Positions 27,228-35,789 of a stretch of 64,000 nucleotides of DNA are shown one piece after another. Every line of letters starts with the position of its first letter. The stretch's first letter is position 1. The notes beneath the pieces were generated by a model. That model made no database searches, had not been told where the DNA came from, and saw only the letters and a program-made list of their open reading frames with translations. The stretch covers positions 640,001 through 704,000 of the forward strand of contig CBDCDC010000001.1 in assembly GCA_965215195.1 (NCBI GenBank), given 5' to 3'. Origin of the DNA: Candidatus Latescibacterota bacterium (GTDB lineage Bacteria; Latescibacterota; UBA2968; UBA8231). A program made the position numbers and the translations under genes.

Positions 27228-29129
27228 TTAATAGACCACGGCGATGGTCCCCGCTAGCTGATCGCCGCCTTTTTCTGACTCCACTGATATGCGATAAACG
27301 TATAGGCCCGGGGGCACCCGCTCGCCGCTTTCGTCGCGGCCATCCCAAGCAAAGCGCAGGCCGCCGCTGTGCTGCTGCCCGTCGTGGATCACCCGCAGCG
27401 AGCGGCCAGACAGGTCGAAGACCGCAAGGCGCAAGGGCACTTCTTGGGTCACCTGCAACAGCTTAAAAGAGAAGTGGATCTGCTCGTTTACTCCGTCGCC
27501 ATTGGGGGTAGCAATCCTCGGCTGCACCGCTAGATCGTCCAGCAGGCGACGAGAAATTGAGGTGCGCACCGTGAGCACCTCGCTCGCTATCTCAGTGGCC
27601 GCATTGCCGCGATTGATGGGTTGCGCCAGCTCTAAGGGGCGCTGCGAGTCCCGCACCCAGCCGCGGAAGGTCGTGCCGTAGCGCAGCACTGGAGCGCGAA
27701 AAAACACCTCGATCACCCCGCCGGAATCCCCAGAGGTGCGCGGGGGAAACAAGGCGACCGAAAAGCGCAGCGAATCCGGCTCAATGTGAACGGCGAAGCT
27801 GTCCAAGCCGGTGGCCTGCACCGAATCCACGCTGGCCACGCCAAAGGGCGCGGCGATTTCCACCGCGTCAAAACCCGAATGCTGGGCGCGGATGATGGGC
27901 TGGAGGGCATACCTGAACGACGCGATCTCGCCCAAGGCGACCTCCGGGGGATGTATTTCGCCCAGCACCTCCTCGGCGAGGGGTGGCTTGGTGGCCGAGA
28001 ATTCAATGAACTCTAGCGCGCCGCCCTCGCTGCCTACGGGCAAAAAATCGACCCGCACTTGAAAAACCGAATTGGGGCCGGGCGAGACTATGGGGGTGCC
28101 GCTGCTGTCGGCGAAAGTGTATGGCGACGACCAGAAGCTCCAGTTGTCAAGGTCGTAGGTGATTTCGCCGGCCTCGCCCGGTTTGAGAAAGAGGTAGTCC
28201 GCCGCGTCGAGGGGCTGGCCGGCTTCGTCGAGCGATGTTACTTCATCGCCCCGGCCGGTGAAGCGCCAATACACGTTTGGATCGAGATCCTGCCCGGCGC
28301 GCGATTGGATCCAGACGCGGGCGCGGGGATCTTGGCGGCCGCGCCAGCGCATGTTGCCCCACACGGCCGGCTCGCCGAGGTCGATAAACGGGCCGACGTA
28401 CGATGCTTGGTGCGCGTACCCTACGCCATAGACCTCTACTTCGCCGATGCGCAGGGCCTTGGGCGATGCGCGGTAGAGCAACAGGCCCACGCTGCGAGCG
28501 AGGGCCGGGGGAAAGCGCACGTCTATGGTGTCCTGCACGTTTTCGGGTAGCTCAAAGACGAGCTGGCCGCCGATGCGGGCGGCGCCATACCCGGATACGT
28601 TGTCCTTCTTCTGCACGCCTAGGTCGGCGGTGACGTCCAGCTTGTCGGGATACAGGCCGCTCTCGGCCGCGACGATCCGCACCCTGTTCACAAAAAACAG
28701 GCCGCCGAGGTCCATGGTGACGCGCCGCGTCTCCAAGTAGCGCTGGCCGGTGAACCGGCTCTGAATGCCCTCCACCCATTCCCAGAACGTCGCGGGATCG
28801 GCGTCGATCATGTTCTTGGAGAGATCCGTGATGGAATAGCTCGCTACCCCGCTCACCCGCACGTAAGGTCCCCCGCGCCGATCGGCGCTGGTGAGGGCGA
28901 TATTGGTCGCTGGCGTCAAAAAGATCGGCCGCAGCGTTCCGCTGGCGAGGGCCTCGGCGTCGAGACTTTGCTCCTCCTCAAAGTCGCTCCAAGACAGTTG
29001 ATGGAAGTTCACCCCGGCCTCGCTCGGGCGGGGCACATCCTCGCCGCCGATGCGGTAAATCTCCACGGCCCCGCCCCTTTCTAGGGCGAGTGCTGCGAGC
29101 ACGAGGACCAGTAGCGTCCTTTTTCTCAT
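27228..29129 (-). CDS. Short-class secreted protein: one discoidin-like domain + FlgD-Ig tail
   Basis: Signal peptide; MDLGGLFFVNRVRI; QSRAG; WSFWSSPY; ATPNGDGVNE..WDGRD..PPGLY; ends AVVY. Confidence 0.75.
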   Translation of the reverse strand: MRKRTLLVLVLAALALERGGAVEIYRIGGEDVPRPSEAGVNFHQLSWSDFEEEQSLDAEALASGTLRPIFLTPATNIALTSADRRGGPYVRVSGVASYSITDLSKNMIDADPATFWEWVEGIQSRFTGQRYLETRRVTMDLGGLFFVNRVRIVAAESGLYPDKLDVTADLGVQKKDNVSGYGAARIGGQLVFELPENVQDTIDVRFPPALARSVGLLLYRASPKALRIGEVEVYGVGYAHQASYVGPFIDLGEPAVWGNMRWRGRQDPRARVWIQSRAGQDLDPNVYWRFTGRGDEVTSLDEAGQPLDAADYLFLKPGEAGEITYDLDNWSFWSSPYTFADSSGTPIVSPGPNSVFQVRVDFLPVGSEGGALEFIEFSATKPPLAEEVLGEIHPPEVALGEIASFRYALQPIIRAQHSGFDAVEIAAPFGVASVDSVQATGLDSFAVHIEPDSLRFSVALFPPRTSGDSGGVIEVFFRAPVLRYGTTFRGWVRDSQRPLELAQPINRGNAATEIASEVLTVRTSISRRLLDDLAVQPRIATPNGDGVNEQIHFSFKLLQVTQEVPLRLAVFDLSGRSLRVIHDGQQHSGGLRFAWDGRDESGERVPPGLYVYRISVESEKGGDQLAGTIAVVY

Positions 29130-29141
29130 GGCGTCGGCCCC

Positions 29142-31838
29142 TTAGTCGAGCCCGGCATAGACCGTCACAAACTGGGATGCGCCGGTAAAAGCATCCTCGC
29201 CCTTGCGGTCGATGCGGCTGACGCGCAGGCCCATCTGGGTGGTCAAGCTGTACCCTAAATACGCGCCGGTATTGGAGTATTGGACGGCGAGAACCGTCTC
29301 TCGGTAATCTGGCGGCAGGCCCAAGACGCGCACTTTTTTTGCGTCTTCGAGCTGGCTGAATAGGGTGTACTCCAACCCGGCCCTCAGCTCGGAGCGGGTC
29401 AAAATTGCGACCTCGCCGATCAAGAACAAGAGCAGGGCGTTTTCCTTGCGCACGGGATCGTTGCTCAGCAGCGGCGCTTCGCGGCGGTGTTCGTTCTTGA
29501 TCTTGGGGGCCAGCACCACGCGGCCGAGTGTGCGCCGGTACTCGGCCTTGTTGATCAGGCCGAAGAACTGGAAGTTTTCGCGCACGTCCGGCTGCCGGTC
29601 GTTTTGGTGCCAGATGTCGTATTTCAGCTTGTTGGTAAAGGTCAGGCCGGGTATAGCGGTGTAATCGAAACGGACAAAGGCCGAATTGATATAGGTATTG
29701 AGCGCGGCCAAGGGGTCTTCTATGCGCTGCAACGCGCCCGGGGCACCGGTCGGCTGCACCCACTGGACGACGTTGTCGGCGATCTCGTCCTCGACGCGCT
29801 TGAACATGTCGAAGACGCGGAGCCGACCCACGCCGGCTATGTCCTTGTCCCAAGTGACAACGCCGTACGCGGTTTTTTCGCGCTTCTTGGCCGAGAGCAT
29901 CCGCTCCTGTTTGTAGCCGGCGGTCAGCCGCATCGCGGGCGCGAGGTGCATCCCGACATAAGCATTGTACCCGCGGCGGTTGCGGTCATACGGATAATCC
30001 GGGTCTTCGTCGTTTTCAAAGCGATCGATCCAGAAGTTGTTGTTCATGTCCATGCCAAACAAAAACTCCGGGCGATCTACGTGATAGCGCAGAAAAGGCT
30101 CCTCGTAGTCCGGGACGAAGTTCGGCCGGAACTCGTTGTCGTTTTGGTTGAAATCAGAGATGAAGTCGAGGTTTTCGTCCCACCCGGGGAAAATCCGCAA
30201 ATCCGGCCCGAACTGGTTGAGGCGCAGCCAGTCGGGGATGCGGTCTTGATCGTCGTTGTCGTCGACAAACTCGTAGAAATTGGTCGTTGGATCGGTGTAG
30301 TCGATGTCGCCCGAAGGCGAGGCAATCAGGCTGGTGGTGCCGTAGTTGTAATCCATGCTATAGGTCTCGGCAAAGAGGAAATAGGGATAGCTCTTCTTCG
30401 ATAGATTGACCATATAGGCATTGGCTTGATCCGCAGCCGTGTGGTGGGTTGCAAATGCGCGGTTCGGGTACTTGCGATAGTGCCGGCTGCGGTCGAATTC
30501 CGCGTACAGATCAAAACCCAACACGCCCCGCGCCTCCAAGGTAAATCCATAGATGTCGTTCCCGGTGGGCAGGCCGTAGTCGAGGCGCAACAATCCCAAG
30601 TTGGACCCGTCCTGTACGTTGCCAGCCGCCCGCTTCATCGTCAGAAAAACGGGCTGGCCTTCGGGTATGTTGAGCTGGCGGTCCGAGCTCATCTCAATGT
30701 GGTAGTCGTTGGCTACCACCAACTCGATCTGGGCACGGCGAATGGTCGAAAGCTCCGGGCCGGTGTACGACGGGGAGCGAAAGTCGTAGGTCATTTCGAT
30801 GCGCTCGTCGCCATCGGCCGCGAGGAATCCGAGGCGTTGTAAGCCGCCATCGATGATCGGCTCAAAGCCGATTTGGCTGCCCCGCACCGTCTCCTTCTCG
30901 ACCTCGACGACGCGCTCGCCGGCTTCTGTTTCGCGCGCCACCTCGGTCTCGGATTCAATGATGATGTCCCACGAAAACAGGGCCGCCCCGCCCTCTCGGT
31001 CTTCGGGCGAATCATCGCTCAGGCGGACGAAAATTTGCCCGACGTGCTCTAGATTTTGCCCCACCGTCAGGGAGCCGGTCCACGGGTTGCCCTCAAAGCT
31101 CTCCAGCAGGGTTTGCGAGTTGTGCGCGTTGATGTAGAGGCCGCCCACCTCGACAAAGTCGCCGATCTGGGTCGTGCCGTAGAAGCCCAACAAATTGGTG
31201 CTATTGGTGGTTTCAACCGACACGCTCCGCGCCAGCCCCGGGGAGCTAATCCGCGACATCAAGAAGGTCAGGCTGTATTTGTCGGACTGGAAATCGGCTT
31301 GGATGCCGTCGAAGGCCGGCTTGGAAAACGTCATCGGCGTCAGGGTAGTGCGGATTTTGCTGCCGATGGTCAGGGCCAAGTTGTTTTGCCCCTTTTGGTC
31401 GGAGGCAATGACCAGCTCGTTGAACCACGCGCTGAACCTAGAGGTCTTGAATACCGTGCTGCCAAATTGCTGGGGCTGGTTTTGGCTCCAGTCGTAGATG
31501 AGCCAGCCGCGGTTAATAAAAGAGCCATAGAGATCGTAAAAATAATCGCCCTCTATGTCGCTGGAGACGTAGCGCTGGTACAGGTCGCGAGCGTAGTTGG
31601 TGTATTCCCACTGCTTCCAGCCGTAGAGCTGGTATAGCTCTTGGGGCGCGTACCAACGCCGCACGGCCGGGTCTAAGGCGTCGAAGAGCACCCCCGGCCC
31701 GATGGGTTCATACGAGACCTCGCCGCCCCGCTGCACCCCCAACCTACTGCCGTAGTCTTCCCTTCCCTGCGCGCCAATATCGCCGCCCGTCGCCGCGGCC
31801 ATCAGGGCTGTGAGCAAAAGCAAATTCCGTCTGGGCAC
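29142..31838 (-). CDS. Large secreted protein with Asp-rich Ca-binding-like repeats and putative C-terminal beta-barrel (copy A)
   Basis: GTG start after aaggag; signal peptide; FVDDNDDQDR.PD, DENLDFISDFNQN, FGMDMNNN..IDRFE; alternating amphipathic strands in the last ~250 aa; paralog at 55947-58586. Confidence 0.65.
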   Translation of the reverse strand: MPRRNLLLLTALMAAATGGDIGAQGREDYGSRLGVQRGGEVSYEPIGPGVLFDALDPAVRRWYAPQELYQLYGWKQWEYTNYARDLYQRYVSSDIEGDYFYDLYGSFINRGWLIYDWSQNQPQQFGSTVFKTSRFSAWFNELVIASDQKGQNNLALTIGSKIRTTLTPMTFSKPAFDGIQADFQSDKYSLTFLMSRISSPGLARSVSVETTNSTNLLGFYGTTQIGDFVEVGGLYINAHNSQTLLESFEGNPWTGSLTVGQNLEHVGQIFVRLSDDSPEDREGGAALFSWDIIIESETEVARETEAGERVVEVEKETVRGSQIGFEPIIDGGLQRLGFLAADGDERIEMTYDFRSPSYTGPELSTIRRAQIELVVANDYHIEMSSDRQLNIPEGQPVFLTMKRAAGNVQDGSNLGLLRLDYGLPTGNDIYGFTLEARGVLGFDLYAEFDRSRHYRKYPNRAFATHHTAADQANAYMVNLSKKSYPYFLFAETYSMDYNYGTTSLIASPSGDIDYTDPTTNFYEFVDDNDDQDRIPDWLRLNQFGPDLRIFPGWDENLDFISDFNQNDNEFRPNFVPDYEEPFLRYHVDRPEFLFGMDMNNNFWIDRFENDEDPDYPYDRNRRGYNAYVGMHLAPAMRLTAGYKQERMLSAKKREKTAYGVVTWDKDIAGVGRLRVFDMFKRVEDEIADNVVQWVQPTGAPGALQRIEDPLAALNTYINSAFVRFDYTAIPGLTFTNKLKYDIWHQNDRQPDVRENFQFFGLINKAEYRRTLGRVVLAPKIKNEHRREAPLLSNDPVRKENALLLFLIGEVAILTRSELRAGLEYTLFSQLEDAKKVRVLGLPPDYRETVLAVQYSNTGAYLGYSLTTQMGLRVSRIDRKGEDAFTGASQFVTVYAGLD

Positions 31839-31851
31839 ACAATACTCCTTT

Positions 31852-33576
31852 TCAATAGGCGATGGCCACCGCGCTGCTGCTGCGCTCGGCACCGCTATCG
31901 GTCTCCACTTCAACTTGCAGGATGTAAACCCCTGGCAGCAATAGCTCGCCCTGTGCATCTCGGCCATCCCAAGGAAGCTGGAACCGCCCGCTCGACCGGC
32001 CCTCGCCCGGCAGCTCGGCGACCTGATTGTGCGCCAAGTCGTAGATCTGTAGCGCAACCGGCGCTCGTCCCGTCAGATAGAGCAGGTCGTAGCTAATCGT
32101 CGTGTAATCGTTGATTCCGTCGCCGTTGGGCGTAAACATGGCTGGCACTGCAGACACCCGATGCACCAAGGGCTGGCCCTGCAAGGGCACCCGCACACTC
32201 AGGTCGTCTCCGGCAAAGCGGGGGGCCGCATTGCCGCTCTCGATCGCTTGCGGCAGTGCGCCTTCTCGCGTGGTGTCGAGCAGGCGTCCGGTAAACACGG
32301 TCTCATAGCGCAGCACGGCCGTGTCGAACACCACTTGCAGGGCGCGATTGCCGGTCTGACGGCCAAAGCTGGCCCGCAGACCGTTGGCCCCTAATTCCTC
32401 CCTGAACTCGATCGCTTGGCCATCTACGCGCAGCGCGCGCAGGGTGCGCACCGGGGCCGGGGTGTCGATTTCCAAGCGGTCGAATCCCCGGGCGTCCGTC
32501 ACCTCAATGGCATAGACGAAACTCGTATCCACGCCTACGGGGACCTCCTGTGGCCATATCTCACCGACGATCGCCTGGGCCAAGGCCGGGCGAAAGATCT
32601 CGAAAGCGAGCGAATCCACGGCCATGCCATCTTCGAGTCCATCGCTCTCAAACGCCATGCTGAACTGGAAGTAGCGGCGCGGGGCCGGCGAGAGGATTGG
32701 ATCGCCGCTGTTGCGATAGGGCGTGGACCACGGGCTCCAGCTAGCCGGCTCGTCGTCCGGCGCGGGGCTGCTGCCGCTGCGGGTGCGCACGACGAGCCGC
32801 GACCGCTGGGGCAAGCCCTGTTGCTCGGTGGCCCATTGCAGCCGGCCCCACAGCGCATCCTGCTCCATGTCGAAGACCTCGGACAGGTAATCGGCCTCGG
32901 GCACGAACCCGCTGCCAAAAATTTCCAATTCGTCGATTTCCCAGTTGAACCGCTGGGTGGATTCCAAGCGGAGATAGCGCACGTATTGCAGGGGAAATCG
33001 CACGTCAATGGTGTCGCGGCTATTGCTGCCATCTTGGGCCATGACCGTGAGCAAGGTCTTGTCCGGCAGCTTATCGACCGAGGCGGCTATGATGTCTGCG
33101 CCGAATGCGCCATCGTTGATGGAGAGCACGTAGCCTTTCATAAAGTCGCTCTTGAAGGCTTGGCGGGGAAAGAAGCGAATGTGATTGACGCCAAACCGAG
33201 CGCCTAAGTCGAAGACTAGGAGGATTCCGGTGGCCACCACGTCTTTAGCCTCAAAAGCCGTGCTTGGATCGCCATCCACCATGCTGTGCAACCGCTCTTT
33301 GAGCACATCTGAGGTCAGGCGCAAAACGGCCTGGGCGTTGGGCGAAGTCACCCGGCCACCGCGCTCGAGGATCCCGGCGGCGATATTGGTGTTTTCCGCC
33401 ACGCTGCGCGGCTGGATCCAGCCGGCGCGGGCGCTGAAGTCGATGACCGGCGCGGATGCGGCCGCCGCTTGCCAAGTCGCGCCGCTTCCGCTGCCCCCGA
33501 CCACGATGTTTTCCGTCGCGGGGGCCGCCGCCGCGAGCAACCCCACTAAGGCCAAGGCATTGCGCTGTCTGTTCAT
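31852..33576 (-). CDS. Short-class discoidin-like/FlgD secreted protein
   Basis: FDLGARFGVNHIRFFPR; RTRSG; WSPWS; SPAPRRYFQ; FTPNGDGIND; ends IAY. Confidence 0.75.
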   Translation of the reverse strand: MNRQRNALALVGLLAAAAPATENIVVGGSGSGATWQAAAASAPVIDFSARAGWIQPRSVAENTNIAAGILERGGRVTSPNAQAVLRLTSDVLKERLHSMVDGDPSTAFEAKDVVATGILLVFDLGARFGVNHIRFFPRQAFKSDFMKGYVLSINDGAFGADIIAASVDKLPDKTLLTVMAQDGSNSRDTIDVRFPLQYVRYLRLESTQRFNWEIDELEIFGSGFVPEADYLSEVFDMEQDALWGRLQWATEQQGLPQRSRLVVRTRSGSSPAPDDEPASWSPWSTPYRNSGDPILSPAPRRYFQFSMAFESDGLEDGMAVDSLAFEIFRPALAQAIVGEIWPQEVPVGVDTSFVYAIEVTDARGFDRLEIDTPAPVRTLRALRVDGQAIEFREELGANGLRASFGRQTGNRALQVVFDTAVLRYETVFTGRLLDTTREGALPQAIESGNAAPRFAGDDLSVRVPLQGQPLVHRVSAVPAMFTPNGDGINDYTTISYDLLYLTGRAPVALQIYDLAHNQVAELPGEGRSSGRFQLPWDGRDAQGELLLPGVYILQVEVETDSGAERSSSAVAIAY

Positions 33577-33629
33577 AGATTCTGCATGCGTTGCGCCCCG
33601 GCCGGTCTTGTCCGGCTAGGACAGGTCAA

Positions 33630-33830
33630 TCAGTTCAGGATCTTCAACAGGATGGTCAGTTGTAGCCCTACAACGCCGAACAGGATGCCAATAATCCAGC
33701 GGAGCGATGCTCGCATATCCGCTTGGGCGCGGTCAATGCCGTCCAAGCGGCGGTCAAGCTGCTCGGCGATGCCTTCCAGCTGCCCAATGCGCCGGTCGTG
33801 ATCTTGAGCCTGGGTAATCGGTTCGCTCAT
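33630..33830 (-). CDS. Small coiled-coil protein with C-terminal TM (CCDC90/DUF1640-like), 66 aa
   Basis: Heptad pattern then WIIGILFGVVGLQLTILL; one of three paralogs. Confidence 0.7.
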   Translation of the reverse strand: MSEPITQAQDHDRRIGQLEGIAEQLDRRLDGIDRAQADMRASLRWIIGILFGVVGLQLTILLKILN

Positions 33831-33886
33831 GGTCGTGTTAGGATGAGTTGCGCCCCGGCCGGTCTTATCCGGTTAGGACAGGTCAA

Positions 33887-34141
33887 TCAGTTCAGGATCT
33901 TCAACAGGATCGTCAGTTGTAGCCCTACAACGCCGAACAGAATGCCAATAATCCAGCGGTTGGTAGCGCGAAGCTCGGCAAGGGCGCGGTCGATGCCGTC
34001 CATGCGGGCGTTGACTTGGCGGAATTGCTCGCTCATGGTGCGTTGTATATCGTCCAAGCGGCGGTCAAGCTGCTCGGCGATGCCTTCCAGCCGCCCAATG
34101 CGCCGGTCATGGTCTTGAGCCTGGGTAATCGGTTCGCTCAT
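33887..34141 (-). CDS. Small coiled-coil + TM protein, 84 aa paralog
   Basis: Same N-terminus MSEPITQAQDHDRRIG; tandem duplicate including about 45 bp of downstream DNA. Confidence 0.72.
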   Translation of the reverse strand: MSEPITQAQDHDRRIGRLEGIAEQLDRRLDDIQRTMSEQFRQVNARMDGIDRALAELRATNRWIIGILFGVVGLQLTILLKILN

Positions 34142-34210
34142 AGTCGTTGTTCCTATCGGTTAGGGTTGCTACTGCCGGAATAGCTCTTTACGAGTTTGAG
34201 GCTAGCAAAT

Positions 34211-34249
34211 AAAAAACCGCCATGCCAGGTCGGAAGCCCGGCATGGCGG
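34211..34249 (-). terminator. Intrinsic terminator after the CBM9-like gene
   Basis: ccgccatgcc / ggcatggcgg stem with A6 on the + strand. Confidence 0.8.
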
Positions 34250-34274
34250 CACTCGGTCTGTACGCCTGAAACAA

Positions 34275-35159
34275 CTACTCGGCAAACGTGGATTTGAGCC
34301 GGCCCCAGCCCACTTCCTCTACGGCTGTGGGTTCGGCCGTGGCTTGGGAAGCCCAATCGATCTCCGGGTCAATGGGGGCCAGCAGAAAGTCGGAGAGCAA
34401 ATCGCCTTGGAAGTAGCTGTCCGTGGCTCCGCTCAGGGTCCAGTAGCCCTCGTAGCCGCCGCTTTCCAGATCGTCGTCGTCGATGATCGTGAAGTGGAAG
34501 CCCGTGATATTGCCCTCGACCAAGGAGCCGATGGTGCTCTGGTCAATCCCGTTCCAATTCAGGTTGTCGAACGGGGTCAGCATGTACTCGGCGCGGAAGA
34601 AGCCCTCCCCGCCTTCTTCAGCCGTCTGGGTAGAGGCGAACTGACCGTAAGGCGGCTCGGTGATCCACTGGGCTTTGCCCCAGTGGTTGAGGCCCGGACC
34701 GCCTTGGTTGAAACCGTAGTTCTGGGCGTGGGCACCGTGCAGCAGGTCCTTTTGATCTTGGTCTTCCACATCGGGCCACACGTTGAACATGCCGCCGCTG
34801 TGGTCCGCGTCGAACACCATCTCCATAGGCTCCCAGCCGGTGATGACCCAGATGGCGTCGTCGAAGCGATCCTCCATGACGTAGAGCTTGTTGGTGTTGG
34901 GGTTCCAGCCGACAATGGCCCGCAGTGCCAAGTCGGTGGCGTCCCACGCAGTGCCTACGCCTCGCACGGTCTCGGTCAATTGCTCGTGGTTGATCCAGTA
35001 GCCATCGGGAATGACGTCCCACTCAATGAGATTGCCGTCAATGGTGGGAATGTTGGCGTCTGGAAACTGAACCGCCACGAACACCACATCTGCCGGCAGG
35101 TGTGCCCAACCGGGGGTAGCCACGAGCGCGATGGCGAAAATCAGGACGAGCTTTTTCAT
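34275..35159 (-). CDS. Secreted CBM9/DOMON-like protein with 'TAVE..WG.LK' tail
   Basis: Signal peptide GWA|H; PTIDGNLIEW; DADHSGG; IDDD; ends TAVEEVGWGRLKSTFAE; very acidic. Confidence 0.7.
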   Translation of the reverse strand: MKKLVLIFAIALVATPGWAHLPADVVFVAVQFPDANIPTIDGNLIEWDVIPDGYWINHEQLTETVRGVGTAWDATDLALRAIVGWNPNTNKLYVMEDRFDDAIWVITGWEPMEMVFDADHSGGMFNVWPDVEDQDQKDLLHGAHAQNYGFNQGGPGLNHWGKAQWITEPPYGQFASTQTAEEGGEGFFRAEYMLTPFDNLNWNGIDQSTIGSLVEGNITGFHFTIIDDDDLESGGYEGYWTLSGATDSYFQGDLLSDFLLAPIDPEIDWASQATAEPTAVEEVGWGRLKSTFAE

Positions 35160-35430
35160 TGCTTTACTCCATTGGAAAGAGGTTGGAAAAACAATACCTT
35201 CTCTGCACGTGTTTTGCGTTTCGCTTTACAGTGTACGGAATCTGTTTCTCATTTGTCAAAAAAATAAAAACCTTGTCCGTTCAATAAATAAAATATGCAA
35301 AAATTTGGGCGATTTTTAGTAGTGGGCTCTCTGAATTTTTGCGGTAGCTTGGGACCGCCGAGCGACTGCGCCGCTAACCCACGAACCCGCCCCACTGGGC
35401 CATAAATCCATAACCAAAGGAGGAACGACC

Positions 35431-35715
35431 ATGAGCGAACCCATTACCCAAGCTCAAGACCACGACCGTCGTATAGGACGATTAGAAGGCATAGCCGAGC
35501 AGCTTGACCGCCGCTTGGACGATATACAACGCACCATGAGCGAGCAATTCCGCCAAGTCAACGCCCGCATGGACGCCCTTGAACGCGCCCTTGCCGAGCA
35601 AGGCCGCCAACTGCGGCAAGATATCCGCGAGCTACGCACAAGCGTCCGCTGGCTTATCGGCATTCAGTTCGGCATAGTGGGTTTATTAGTGTCCATCCTG
35701 TTGAAGCTGAATTAA
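35431..35715 (+). CDS. Small coiled-coil + TM protein, 94 aa paralog (inverted copy)
   Basis: aggagg RBS; N-terminal 48 aa identical to the 84-aa copy. Confidence 0.75.
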   Translation: MSEPITQAQDHDRRIGRLEGIAEQLDRRLDDIQRTMSEQFRQVNARMDALERALAEQGRQLRQDIRELRTSVRWLIGIQFGIVGLLVSILLKLN

Positions 35716-35789
35716 CCCACTCGCGGCATGGGCGCACAGATGCGTAACGTCAGGTCCCTGCCGCCGCGTTAGTCGCCCGCGAGAGAGTA

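Larger units (their letters stand above)
33997..35575. repeat. 82-bp perfect inverted repeat (33997-34078 / 35494-35575)
   Basis: gccgagcagcttgaccgcc...gcccgcatggacg is identical on opposite strands within two paralogous small genes. Confidence 0.9.

Noticed and set aside
33630-35715. Prophage holin or hemolysin genes
   Set aside because: No phage or lysis genes nearby; a coiled coil plus TM alone is not diagnostic
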